Assembly (NCBI GenBank): GCA_046563655.1
Contig: CM102290.1
Location: forward strand, 992,001-1,056,000
Length of the DNA: 64,000 bases
Direction: 5' to 3'
From: Yuukianura sp. NJ FZ-2021
Lineage: Eukaryota
A program made the translations under genes and the position numbers. Below the pieces are notes generated by a model. The model saw nothing but the letters and a program-made list of their open reading frames with translations. It ran no database searches and was not told the DNA's origin. Below, one piece after another: positions 25,965 to 39,282 of this stretch (position 1 is its first letter; the number at the start of each line of letters is the position of its first letter).

Positions 25965-28900
25965 ATGGGAGCAGAACATAGCAGGTAACTTTTGAAATTT
26001 TTTTTGCCAATAAATTATAAGTTAGCACTGTGCACGAGATTATTCTTCATTCAAGTGCGGACTTGAGTGGGAAAAATTGAAAGTCAAGCACGTTTTTATC
26101 TTCGTTGTCTTTTACCTGAATCGGCGTCTGTTATTGGCACTCGGTCGTGGAGTGAGCATGTCCAGTGTTTTCGTAGAACAGTGGGAGAAATCAAACGAAA
26201 TTTTATTTGATAAATTTTGAAAACTGAGCAATAATTTTTTTTGAGTGCTCTGGATGATGTAATGACGACTACCAAGGTTAACTTTTTGATCAACGGAGTT
26301 GAACACAATGGTAAGAATAGACAAATCTTCCTATTTGTTTTAAAATCTTTTTTTGTTCCGTTTTGCAAATTGTAAAAAGTTTTCAATTGACATTCCGTTT
26401 TATTAGTGAACGCTGATTCTATGCCCCACTTGGGGCCAGAGACGCTGCTCGTCGATTACATTCGCGACGAAGCTGGACTTAAAGGAACCAAATTTTCCTG
26501 TCGAGAGGGTGGTTGTGGAGCATGCGTGGTGCAAGCCAAATCACGAGATCCTGCGTCTGGGGCTGACGTTATTCGGCCAGTGAACTCCGTAAGCAAGTCA
26601 CGTACAACATTGTCAATCACTATAGTAAAAGTATGTTTCCCTTGTTTGAATTTAGTGCCTCACTCCATTGTTTGCCTGTGATGGATGGGACATCACAACG
26701 ATCGAAGGACTGGGAAACAAGAAAGATGGCTACCATGAAATCCAGAAACGCCTTGTCACGTTTAATGGCACGCAATGTGGATTTTGTTCCCCTGGAATGG
26801 TCATGAACATGCACAGGTTAGCATTAGCGTAGCATAGGGTTTAGCCACTTTGAAGCGTTTTAAAACTTGATCTGGATGACTCGGCAGCTTAATGAGTTCG
26901 AGGACTGGAGCAAAGATGAAGGACATTGAAGATAGCTTTGATGGAAACATTTGTCGATGTACGGGCTATCGGCCCATTTTAGATGCATTCAAATCACTGG
27001 GAAGCGATGTTTCCGAAGAGCTCAGGAGAAAGTGTGCAGATATGGAGGTAATAATTGCGCGTGCGCAAGGCCTGATAGTGGGTGGTAGGTTACGTCACAT
27101 GGGTTATCAGTCAACTAAAGTGGATTTATCAATCACTTCAAACCGCGTCTAGCTTATTCCTAAAAGTATGAAATTCCCAATTGAAAAATTTAGCCTGGTT
27201 TCCAGCGGAAGTGTAAACATTATGTCATGTCATCATCAGTTGTCACTCATGTCTAATGAAAACGTTTCAATGTATTTGTTATAATCCAGGATTTCACCGG
27301 AAGTCCCTGTCCGCTGAAAACACAATGTTGTCAAAAGGGGAAATGCATAAAAGCGGCTGAAGAAGAGCATGACAGTTTTACCGATGTTGAACAATTGAAT
27401 CCGGTTCATTTGACCTTGAAAAACGGAGAACAATGGGTCAAACCAACACGACTGGAAAATTTCTTTTCCGCGTTGCAGCAGTTCGTGAGTGCCGGTTTAA
27501 CGTATAGACTCGTTGCTGGCAATACTGCAACAGGTATGAGCTCTAATGTTGGACAAAACCAACGAATGACGGATAATTTGGCACAAATATATTAAAAAAT
27601 AGCCTTCTTAACTTTACTGATACATCAAATTGTTCAGGAATTTACAAACATGATGGGCCGTATCAAGCATATTTGGATATTTCCAACATTCCGCAACTCA
27701 AAAGCATATCAATGGACAGTCGAGCAGTAGTTTTGGGAGGAGGAGTCACATTGGCCGTCGCAATTGAGCAGTTGCTTAAAGCTTCGACAATTGATGGATT
27801 TGAATATGCCGAGGACATTAGCAAACATATTGGTCGAATTGCGAACGTGCCTGTTCGAAGCGTAAGTCAATCGATCGCTGCACTCTTTCTCTCATCACTT
27901 TTTCTTGTAATGTAACTTTTTATCAAAGAACGGAACACTGGCTGGAAACTTGATGATCAAACACGACCATCCAGAATTTCCATCGGATATTTTTATGCTT
28001 CTGGAAACAGTCGGAGCATCTCTGAGCATTGGTAAGGTCCGGCAAGCCAATTTTTTAAATGCTGTTTTATACATTATATACAAAAAATTCTTGTTATGAA
28101 TCCAGCTTCTGCTGCAAATCTTCAACGATCATATCCTATTCTGGACTTTCTCAAATTGGACATGACTGGAAAATTGATTCTTTCCATTAATCTTCCACCT
28201 TTACCGAAAAGTAGAGGATACGTTCTAAGAACTTTCAAGGTTAGAAACATATTACATAAAAATCGAAGGAAAATACCATGAAATTATTTTTTTTTTGATT
28301 TGTTGCAGATCACCAGACGTTACCAGAATGCGCACGCATATGTTAACGCTGGCTTTCTTTTCTGCGTTGATGCTCGACGAAACTTCAGTATTCGCGAAAA
28401 GCCCTCCATCGTTTTTGGTGGCATACATCCTGATTTTGTAAATGTTTTTACAAAAAGTTTTGATGTTGACGTTTTAAAACAATTCGACTTTCATGTCCAA
28501 ATTCTTTTTTCAACAGGCGCACGCAAATGCCACCGAAATTTACTTTCTCGGTAAGTTCTTGGGCGACGCAGCCACGGTTTCTGGAGCACTGGATACGCTG
28601 GATCGTGAAATCGTTCCAAATCACCATCCGCCCGATGCGTCACCAGAGTATCGAAAGTCTCTAACGGTGTCACTTTTATACAAGGTACGGTTGCCAAAAA
28701 TGAAAATGCTAAGCTATAACTTTAAATTAATTCGGTCCGCCCGGCATTCCAAGGTTCCTTGACAACCAAATTGTATTTTCTACAACAGGTTGTCCAATAA
28801 CTCAAGATTTCCAAAAAATCTTACTTCAAACAAATTTCTACACCAATTCCTATTACTTGACATACAAAGCATGACCATAGAAAGGCACAGCAAGTTTTGC

Positions 28901-31900
28901 AAATTTTTTAACAAAATTAAAAACGTCGAGTTATTGGACAACCTGGTGTAGAAAAAACTATTTGTTGTTGTTTGTTTACAAACATTGCTGCATTTCTTCA
29001 GTAGTTGTTGATGTGTTAGGTTATTCTTGGAATTCTTGGAACTACGGCCCAATCCACGGTGCGTTCTGGAGCTGGTGACATTGAGCACAACGTTACTTAC
29101 GGCCGACAAACTTACGACACAGACAAAAAGGAATGGCCGCTCAATCAGCCGGTTTCTAAACTTGAAGCAACGGTGCAATGCTCCGGTAACTTCAAATTAC
29201 ATTCGAACATTCACAGTCAACTTATGCATTCAAAATTAATATAAACTATTGATTCAAGGCGAGGCTGAATATGTCAACGATATTCCCATGAAACCTGGTG
29301 AACTAGCTGCTGCTTTTGTACTTACCACTGTAGCAAATGCTCGTCTCAAGAGCGTCGATCCGTCAGAAGCTTTGGTAAGGTCACCCTACGAATGGAGTAA
29401 TGCAGAATTTTATGATTTTTCAAGTTTGTTAGGATTTGAAAATAAGTTAGGATAGGATTTTGAATTTGGTTGTTCGAATAGAGAATGCCCGGCGTCATAT
29501 CGTTTCTTCAAGCCAAGGACATTCCAGGGACCAACAACTACTATTTGTACTCTGCATTTCCAGAAGAGGTTTAAAAAAAAATTCACCGCACAACACAAAC
29601 GACGCGGCAAATTTGAAATTCATGTTACCGGTTTTTCTTAATTTAGATTTTTGTGACGGAGAATGTTCAATATGCTGGAGCACCCGTTGGAATAATTATT
29701 GCGGAGACTAAGGAAATAGCACTCCAAGCTACACGTAAAGTTCGAGTGACGTACGACAACATTAAGAAACCGATTCTGACAATTGCTGATGCACTGAACA
29801 AAGCCGAGGCTGAAGGAAAACTGTCCGAGTGCTTCCTGAAAGAAAAAGGTGAAAGTCCTACAGTGGCCACTGGCCAATCCAAACATACTATCAAAGGTGA
29901 AATGGAAATACTTGGCCAGTATCACTTCCAAATGGAGACGCATACTTGTCTTTGCGTTCCAACGGAAGATGGTATGGACGTCTTTGCTACTACGCAGTGG
30001 ATGGACCTTGTCCAGGCCACCATTGCCTCAATGCTCAAGATTCCAAACAATACGTAATCACTTCAAATCATTTTTCAAATTTCGACCAAACTATAATTTT
30101 TTTTGGGTTTTTGGCGTAGCATTAACGTCCAAGTTCGTCGTCTAGGAGGTGGATACGGTAGTAAAATTTCTAGAACTACGCATGTCGCATGCGCAGCTGC
30201 CCTGGCAGCACATGTAACCAACAAACCAGTTCGAATAGTTATGGACTTAGAATCTAACATGAAGATGATCGGGAAGCGTCTTCCTTACTTGGCAAAATAC
30301 GAAGTGACTTCTGAATTTCAAACGTTTTTTACAACCCATAGCTCAGTTCCTGGCTCTTTGATTCAAATTTTTTGTTTAGGTTGGATTTGATGACAACGGA
30401 AAAATTGACCGTCTTGATGCTCAACTATTTTGCGACGCTGGACTACTTTCAAACGAAATCACATCGGCCTTGGCCATGGTCTGCCTCCAAAGTTGCTACG
30501 AAACAGTTGGGTGGAAAGTGGCTCCAGGAGCAGTCAATACTAACAAAGTATCCAACACTTACTGTCGTGCACCAGGTAAAGTTCCTCTAATAATTTCAGT
30601 TCCTGGTGACCTTGACCATTTTGACACTTTGACCTTAGGAAGTACTCAAGGATTTGCTATTATTGAGACTATTATGGAACATATTGCATTCGAGTTGAAC
30701 AAGGACCCACTGGATGTGAAGATGACCAATCAAATCAAAACGGGAGACGCTATCTACAGCGTTCCAGGAACCAAGTTTGAGGGAACCAACTTAATTCCAC
30801 AAATGGTCGACGAAATGAAGAAAACAGCGGATTACGACGAACGCAAGAAATATATTGAGAATTTCAATAGCGTAAGTTGAGATATTGAAAGTTTCTGGTC
30901 AAAGATGGAAATTACATTTCATTTTTTAGGTTTAGGTTGACTAGGCTAAAAAATTATGATTTTGAATTTTCATAAGTCCGAATTTTATAATATAATTTTT
31001 GTATTAGACGAATCGTTGGAAGAAGCGTGGAATGGCCGTAATGCCAATGCGTTACCCGGTTCACTACTTCGCTGTGGCGTATCCAGCATTTGTTACAATT
31101 TATCACGCAGACGGAACAGTAGCCATTTCCCACGGTGGTATTGAAATGGGCCAAGGAATCAACACCAAAGTAAATCAAATTCAAAATGTCAAATTCAAAT
31201 TCAAAATTCAAAAAAAAATCAAATTCATAAAATCCAAAATACTAAACGTGAAAAAAATATTATGATTTTTTTTCTGCACATAGGCTGCACAAGGAGCTGC
31301 TTACGAGCTCAAAATTCCACTAGACAAAATTAAAGTGAAACCATCAAATAATTTGACATGTGCGAATGCAATGATTACGGGAGGAGCAATCACCAGTGAA
31401 CTCGTTACGCATGTTCGTACTTTTTAGAACAGTTTTTTAAACTTTCTATCAATCGATTTCATATTTAACTTGTTCACTGTCTTTCCAGTCGACTGTACAA
31501 GCTTGCAAAGTTTTGAATGAGAGACTACAACCTATCAGAGACAAAATTAAGGACGACAAGTGGGAGAACGTTATTGCCGCAGCACATCGGGAAGGAGTCA
31601 ATTTAGCAGCTCATCACATGTAAGCAAATTAGTATTTCCTTTAAAATTTTAAAAATTTTGTTCAAATTTTGATAACTCCGTTCTAAATTTTTAGGCCGAA
31701 TGCTTCCGATGACCTGCAACCATATGACGTCTGGGGGTTGACTGCTACCGAAGTCGAAGTGGATATGCTTACAGGAGAGTATAAAGTTAGTACATCCCTC
31801 AGCACAACGAATCCAGTGTACTCAAGCCTCAACGTCCTTGAATTAATTGAATTTCGGTTTTTGCTTTAAGATTGTACGCATGGACCTCATTGAAGATGCT

Positions 31901-32798
31901 GGAATTAGCTTGAGTCCGGAAATTGACATTGGACAAGTTGAAGGCGCGATGATGATGGGTCTCGGACTCTGGACAACGGAGAAACTCCAGTATGACGAAA
32001 CTACTGGAGAACTGCTGACATTTAACACTTGGGTAATTGTTGCACAAGCGCTGATTAAAACATCAAGTCAAGCATTTCTCCAAGGTTCCTTGACAACCGA
32101 AATACAACAAATTGTATTTCCTACAACAGGTTGTCCAATACCTCTGGGCTTCTAAAAATCTTACTTCAAAAAAATTTCTGTACCAATCCTATTTACATTT
32201 CATGCAAAAAAATTAGCATAGAAATGCAGATTTTTTTTTAAAACAAATTTCAAAACTTCCAGTTATTGGACAACCTGGTGTAGAAAAGGTTTTTTTTGTC
32301 TACGATCCTTGGATTTCTCTGCCATTGCCTCATCATTTCATCCTTGCATTTTGTTTTTTTAGGACTACAAACCTCCTATGGCAAAGGACATTCCAGAAGA
32401 TCTGAGAATTACTATGCTCAAAAATGCACCCAATCCATACGGCGTGTTGAGGTCAAAGGGTAGGTCAAATTCTCCATTCTCTTTAATTTTTTCAATTGTA
32501 TTGTGTGAGATAATTTTCTGTCTCTTTAGCTACTGGAGAACCACCACTTTGTATGGCTGTAAGTGTAATTTTTGCTATGCGAAATGCAATCAATGCCGCT
32601 CGAAAAGATGCCGGACAAAGTGACTACTACCAAATGGGTAATTTGAACCCTCCATTTTAAAACTAACTTTTGCATTGTCAGCAATTAATCTTAAACTAAA
32701 CAATTCATATCTTAATTGTCATTTTTCTAGACGGTCCAATTACTCCAGAAGATATTCTTCGTCTCGCCGGAACCAACAAATCCCAATTTACTTTTTAA
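25965..32798 (+). CDS. Molybdo-flavoenzyme of the xanthine oxidoreductase family, aldehyde-oxidase type; about 20 exons
   Basis: 2Fe-2S motifs [22 protein letters not shown] and [15 protein letters not shown] region with AGN motifs; Moco motifs [27 protein letters not shown] and [16 protein letters not shown] (no XDH Glu after the Lys) and YCRAPG favour aldehyde oxidase over XDH. Confidence 0.92.
28750..28987 (+). mobile_element. CAAGG-ended MITE, copy 2 (AOX intron)
   Basis: Same internal inverted repeat as copy 1. Flanks CGGCATTC and CTGCATTT match 6/8, consistent with a decayed 8-bp TSD. Confidence 0.75.
32081..32311 (+). mobile_element. CAAGG-ended MITE, copy 3 (AOX intron)
   Basis: CAAGG...CCTTG ends and the same internal inverted repeat. 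Flanks CATTTCTC and GATTTCTC match 7/8. Confidence 0.8.
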
Positions 32799-33021
32799 GT
32801 TAGGACAGCCGCACAATGGTGTTTATAAGAAACAGGACATTAAATTAGAGATGGGGTTTAGTTAACGACTTTTCTGTTTACAATAATGCCATGAAACAAA
32901 GCGTCATGTCAAATGTCACTTGAACTCTTTAGTATTATATCGTAACTTCAAGAATGAAAGTCCAGGAACAAATGGAAAATATACTTATCACAACTAGCTC
33001 ACCAGCACAATGTTGGCAATA

Positions 33022-33355
33022 TTATTGGGCAGGAGGCGTGACCTCATCCAGCATCCAGAGAGCCAGCTTCAGCTGAAGTTCCTCAGCATCCGAATCCTCC
33101 GTTTCGTCGTCATCGCCATAGTCATCATCTGAAAAAATACTTCCGCCCTGAGCGTTTTCCTGGACGACTGCTGGAGTATTGCCCTGGATTTGAACAAATA
33201 ATGACCAAAATATTAAATGCTTTGAATTTACCGAAATAAAAATGCTTGAATAAGAATACTGGCAGTACTTGTTGCTGGGCTTGCGCGGATGTTGATGGTG
33301 TAGGTTCTTCTGTTGCTGGAGCAGTGTTGTTCTCATTGTTAGCTGAATTGTCCAT
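33022..33355 (-). CDS. Small acidic orphan protein (about 82 aa); exons 33355-33269 and 33183-33022
   Basis: Two ORFs join in phase 0 across a GT-AG intron: MDNSANNENNTAPATEEPTPSTSAQAQQQ|GNTPAVVQENAQGGSIFSDDDYGDDDETEDSDAEELQLKLALWMLDEVTPPAQ*. Confidence 0.55.
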
Positions 33356-34767
33356 TGTCAGTTACAATTTGTAACTTTTAATAAAATGATTTGTGCTGGA
33401 GTAACTGAGTGACTTGGAAATTGTTGAAATCTTAACAGCGACTTGACACTGCGATTCCTTGATTACGAATGAGATCAAATCGAAATGACGACAAGGAACG
33501 CGGAATAGTAAGAATAGCAAGCAAGCGAGCTGATAGTTAGTTACTTGCTTGTAACTTGAGTCTGAGTCACACAGGGTTCCCTCTATTTTCAAAATCTAGA
33601 AGTCATGTTGGAAACACTGTAAATTGTAATGGCGCCCATCCGTAAGCGGGAATAACTTTAGCATCCAACGTTTCAGTTTTTATGAAAATGCGAAGATTAA
33701 ACTTCTAATGACTGACAATTCGTATCTCAGGAATACAGAGTTTCACCCCTGATTTTTTAGCGGCGACGTGTGAGTTTTCGTTGTTTAGAAAACAATCTAT
33801 CATACACATATCGTTTATCGTAGTCTATGGTGTTGTATTCATATTTTAACGCAGTTACAGAGGTGCTTTTCTGAAAATTTTCCCCACCAAATTGTGTGCC
33901 ATAGATTTACTCAAGCGCTAGAGCGACAGAAATACAAAGCTGGAAAGTTGCAATTTTTAAACGCTAAAGAGTGAGGTGAAAAAGTTGAGTGAAAAAATGT
34001 CATTTTTTGAATGGATTAATCTTGAAAGTTTTTCTCCCCAAACTAATTACAATTTTTTTTTAAATTCATATGTTAGTTAAATTCTACTAAAATATCTTTT
34101 GAAAATTCCAGGAAGAAAGTTCATCTGTTTTAGTTAGAAATTCCTGATTTGTAGCCTATGATTTTTTTTTTCAAATACTGACAATAATACGGTTTTTGGA
34201 AAAAGTTTTATGTCAAATGACGTGAAATGATCTTTTATAACAAACTTTCTAATTTGACTTTCAACTGACTAACTTTCTAACTAACCTAGTGTCGAACCGG
34301 ACGATGATGCGAACGAAATCATTCCAAAATTGAAATTTCGGAAATTCTCTCAACATTAAAAAATCTGAAATTTTCCATGATACACATTGATTGTTTTTAT
34401 TTGACGCGTGAGGCGGGAACGTACGTGAAAAGTTGCAATTGAGTAAATTTTTCATGCTGAATTTTTAGTTTTGGATTACGTATTAGCAAGAAAGTTATGT
34501 AAAGGCTTTATTACTTCACCACACTACTTTAATCATAGTATACTTAATCGTAATTAACTTTTTTCCCAGCTGTCTTTCTATTTCTCCTTTACTATTCTAG
34601 GTATTAGCTATTACAAATTTACCGAATACTACTGGTAACATACTACTGCTGACCAACATCGTCGACCTCTTGCATTACAATTTAGGGTGGTCTTCATTGT
34701 TGACCGGCATACTTTCCCTCCTTTCCCTTCGCGTAACAATTAGCATACTACCAAGAAATACCCCGAA

Positions 34768-36007
34768 ATGTCTAGTAAGAAGCCATAAATTGACTACAAA
34801 TTTACTTTGGTACGGAGAGTTTTTAATGTTGTTACTTTGTTTTTTACAGTATTTCGCTTAGCACTGGTGCAGATGAGTGTTGGATCTAGCAAAGCAGAAA
34901 ATCTCGCAAGATGTGCCAAATTAGTTGCTGAAGCAGCATCTAGTGGAGCTAAAGTCGTTGCACTACCGGAATGTTTCAATTCATCTTACGGAGTCGGTAA
35001 GAGACCAATTCAAAAACTTAAAATGCTATAAAATACATACTGTCTGAATGACAAGAAAGTACATGCTGAGTTAATTAACTTTGCAGATCATTTCCGAGCC
35101 TACGCTGAAAAAATTCCCGGAGGCACGAGTTGTGAAACATTGTCAAAGTTGGCAAAGGAACATGGGATCTATTTGATTGGTGGATCGATTCCGGAACTAA
35201 GCGAAGATGAATCTTGTATGTACAATACTTGTACAATCTGGAGTCCAATGGGAGAACTTTTAGGACGTCACCGGAAAGTTCATTTGTTCGACATCGACAT
35301 ACCTGGGAAGATTACGTTTCAGGAATCCAAAACTTTATCTCCTGGCTCCGAATTTACAATTGTACAGACTCCATTTTGTAAGTTTGGAATTGGGATTTGC
35401 TATGATCTGCGATTTGCGGAAATGGCACAGTGGTACCGCAGAAAAGGATGCGAGGTTTTGATATACCCGGGAGCTTTTAACATGACTACTGGTCCAGCTC
35501 ATTGGCAAATTTTGCAACAAGCAAGAGCCGTTGACAATCAAGTAATAACATCAAATTAACAACTAATTGTAAGCCCTGTTACAACTTTTTATATACAAAG
35601 TTTCATGTGATTTCGTTCTGGATTTAGCTATACGTGGCAACAGTTTCTCCAGCACGAGATGAAAAGGCTGATTATACTGCATGGGGTCACTCAATGGCAG
35701 TGGTACGATTTTGTTTTCTTTCAAATAAATTTGCCACAATTCCGGCCAACATTTTTCACTAACTTGTGATAATTTTTGTCGTATTGCAGGATCCTTGGGG
35801 TAAAATTCTGGTAGAAGCTGATCATACGGAACAAATAGTCTATGCAGAAATAAGTAAACAACAAATTCTTTACGAAGTTTTTTTTACTCCACTTTGATAA
35901 TCTCAATTAATTTTTTTTTACTTTAAACAGACTTAGCCTACATGAAGGAAATCCGTGAGAACATTCCGTTGACACGCCAAAGACGAGAGGAATTATACAA
36001 CAACTAA
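34768..36007 (+). CDS. NIT2: Omega-amidase NIT2 (nitrilase superfamily); multi-exon span
   Basis: [15 protein letters not shown] (catalytic E), [20 protein letters not shown] (K), GICYDLRF (C), [21 protein letters not shown] and AWGHS. Confidence 0.92.
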
Positions 36008-36938
36008 ATTTTTGGACAAAAATTGTTCAAACCAAAGCCTGTCATTTCAAAAACTTACAAAAAAAATTGATTAAAAAATTCAAATAAGACGGATTCAACT
36101 TAACCAACCTGAACGCGATGTGGCTGGCGAAAACTCTTTTGCTACATTTTAACAAAAGTTTAGTTTTGAGACTATACGCGTTACCTAATTTACAGAGGTG
36201 CTGATTTTTTCAATTGAAAGCGCTAAGAAATAAGCCATAAGAGAGGGGCCCTTAGATAGTCCTCAACATAGGGTCCTTAGAAAATCAATTCCATAGCATT
36301 GTAGGCCTCGAAAAAAAGCGACGTAGCTTTAGCAAATCTATTTCCGTTATTCCGTTTTGTGACCATTGACTTTCTGCTCTATTTCTTCTGATCCGAACGC
36401 AGGTTGTGGGTTCCCTTCCATTGTTACAGAACTGAAATCACAAGCAGACATTCAATTGAGTATGTCATTCTACCGAAGAATTTATGATTTAAGTGACACC
36501 CGAGGCAGGTACCCTTAAACCTGGTCTGAGGAGACCCTTATACCTTGCCATTATTCAATGGTATATTTTTTCAAAATTTCCAAAAAATCTTGCATATGTT
36601 GCAGCATAGATCAGAAATTTGATATTTAGAGGAACTTACTTTCAATGAGAATGATGATGAGAATGTAGAACATGGCGAACAAAACGAAAGTTACGAATCC
36701 CCTCATTGTATTAAATCAACAAGTCCCCTGGATTATGAACAGAAGATTTTTATAACTTTTTATTTTTTGGTTTGGAACAATTTGGAAATATAATTGAAGC
36801 TGTATGACTTTTCCTAAGTTTTTACTTTTTAGAAAATTAAAAAAATTATCACGAACTGTGATACTGACGCCTTTTGGCTAAAAAATGTCAATGTTTCAAT
36901 ATCATTTGTTAATTTATTCCAATTTTACACTCTGCTTC

Positions 36939-37610
36939 TCATTTGACTTGAAGATTGTCAGAAGATTGGACATACTCCAGGAGTTCTACCATGTTCTCCA
37001 GGAAACTAACACAAGCATTGACGTCCAACGTCCAATCAGAAGCCAATGACCGCGTTCCCGGCAGAAACGCAATTCCAAACACCCACATTGCATATCCTTG
37101 GAAAATCATCATTGCCATCATTGTAATCAGTCCAAAGAAGATATTAGCAAGTCGACCAGGCTGAAAGTCTGCTCCTAGCAGATTCTGAAAGTTTAGCGGA
37201 TTCTTCATGTTGGCAGCAATTTCTTCTTCGGCACTGTCACTCTCCTCGTCGTCCTCCGTCGAACTGTCTTCATCATAATCCTCACGCTTGTCTGCATATT
37301 CATAATTTTCCTCCTCCAAATCCTCAGAACTGATTGTCTTGGTTGAATTTCTGTCCAGAAAATTATGTCCAGCAACAGCGTCTGTGGAATTGGACGCTGA
37401 CAGATAAAGTGCTGGAGAAGTTTGAGGTGAAGTAGGAACTTGCTGTATGACATTTCCTTGAGCAATGGGGATTTGCAGCGCTGGTTCATTGGTGGCTGAT
37501 TTGAAAAATGGCGGCAGCGCGGGATCTTTTGAAATAGGTTGCGAACTTACTGAAATGACTCCAGTTGACAGAGCTATGACAAGCACTTGAAATGTCACCA
37601 CAATAACCAT
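36939..37610 (-). CDS. Uncharacterised signal-peptide, single-TM protein (cluster gene A)
   Basis: Hydrophobic N-terminus from ATG 37610, acidic middle region, TM segment IFFGLITMMAMMIFQGYAMWVFGIAFL, then TRSL and a terminal amphipathic helix. Confidence 0.7.
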   Translation of the reverse strand: MVIVVTFQVLVIALSTGVISVSSQPISKDPALPPFFKSATNEPALQIPIAQGNVIQQVPTSPQTSPALYLSASNSTDAVAGHNFLDRNSTKTISSEDLEEENYEYADKREDYDEDSSTEDDEESDSAEEEIAANMKNPLNFQNLLGADFQPGRLANIFFGLITMMAMMIFQGYAMWVFGIAFLPGTRSLASDWTLDVNACVSFLENMVELLEYVQSSDNLQVK

Positions 37611-37947
37611 TGTAGTTGTCCAACTGAGTTGATCTTGCAACGGATAAATAGGAAATGAAAGGGAACATGATCGTTTAAGTGGCCTCTTACTTCCTTATTT
37701 TAGAAAAAGGAAATGTTTTGGGGAAGATGGAACGTTAGGGCAAGCAAACCTTCCAAAATCTTACTGTGTCAAATCAAAATCCCATTTCTCAGTTTAAATC
37801 AAAACCCAAAAATTTCTAAAAGTTTAAATCAAAATCTCAAAATTTAAATCAAAAGATTTTATTAAATTATTCTAGATTAAGTTTCTTGAAATCGCTTGAA
37901 AGACTAATCGAGAAGAATTTTTTACCCTATTTTTAGGAAACTGGTAT

Positions 37948-38480
37948 TCAGCCATACAGGTTTTGCATAACTGAGAGTCCTTTCATTACCGCATTTGACA
38001 GCAGTTCCCGAGAAGCTTCCTGTGCAATCGCTGATTGCAATGCTTGGACCGGCGCAGTGGTCATGTAAGGACCAACCCAAATTAGCAGCGTCTTCAGCAA
38101 CATTGCCAGTCCCAGGCCCAGCGCCGCAGCACCAACTTGAACAATTCTGTTTCGAAATTAAGGGAAAAAAAGTATTTAGGAAAATTGCTCGAAAATTGGT
38201 TTACACTTCAAAATCAAAATCAAAATTTCACTATAAAATAAAAAAAAATCCTTTACCGCTGCCACTTCAGTTTGAAAACATCGCTCAGAATGCCCGCCTG
38301 ACCCATCCATGACGAAAACTCTGGTCCGAATGACTTCTGTATGGACTGAAGAAAAGTCGCTAAGTTTGGCGGTGGTTCCGAAGCATCCGGTGACGCTTCT
38401 TGGGCAGAATTGAAATCAACTAAACTTAGAATGAGAATTGACGAAATGGAAAAAATCACAATAGATCTGGAGGCCCGCAT
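37948..38480 (-). CDS. Uncharacterised signal-peptide, single-TM protein (cluster gene B), 2 exons
   Basis: MRASRSIVIFSISSILILSLV...KWQR|IVQVGAAALGLGLAMLLKTLLIWVGPY...ASRELLSNAVMKGLSVMQNLYG* across a phase-2 GT-AG intron. Confidence 0.65.
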
Positions 38481-39282
38481 TCTGGTGCCAAAACTAATAA
38501 AAGTTCACCAGTTCAATTCTATATTTTGAAATCTACTAAAATTCTTGAAAGTTTTTCTAGTTTAGTTCCTACGTCTAAACGAATATTCTGTAACTCTATG
38601 ACTGATTTGAAATTTGGCTTAAGACTACACTAAAAAGCAGTCAAAGATTTCTGCCATCAGCTTATATTACAAATTCAAATTCATCTGTTTTGTATCCCTG
38701 CGAGAAATGAGTTTATTTCTGCATATTTTTACTGAAGATGAGTCGAAGGTACACACTATGCGAAAAGGCAAAATATGTTCCCGATATTCTCAAACCTTTT
38801 CCAAAAATTCATTAAATCTGCACGTAGGCAACGAATTTTCAAAAACTTCATTTGTTTAAGACGTGCATTCACTTGCATCGACTGTGCATATCGCTAACAT
38901 TTGCAGGAAGTTTTCCAAATATTCAAAAACGCCAAGAATGAATCAAAGGCGGAAACGGGACTGTCATGTGCCTGAGCACAGGCATTGTTGCGGCGCCAGA
39001 ACTAACGGTAACGTTTCATTTGAACAGAACATTTACTAAGCCATTTATATCGCTTGGGATACACAGATTCCTTCAAGTCATCCCGACATGCAGATCCCTC
39101 CTGAATCCTCCCGCGCATGTTTCTTGTCTCTTAACCTTAATTGAATATACGAGAATAGGGAAGTGATGAGCATCTAATTTCAAGGGGGCCCTTGTTCAAA
39201 CAACTTGTAAAACTGGACACATAAAAAGGGCTCCAGGGACACTAATGTCTCCCACTCTGTGTCAAGTGGTTCGGTTCACAAC

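Noticed and set aside
25965..32798. Calling the molybdo-flavoenzyme xanthine dehydrogenase (rosy)
   Set aside because: It lacks the GGGFGGKE and AFRGFG XDH signatures, having GGGYGSKI and YCRAPG instead.
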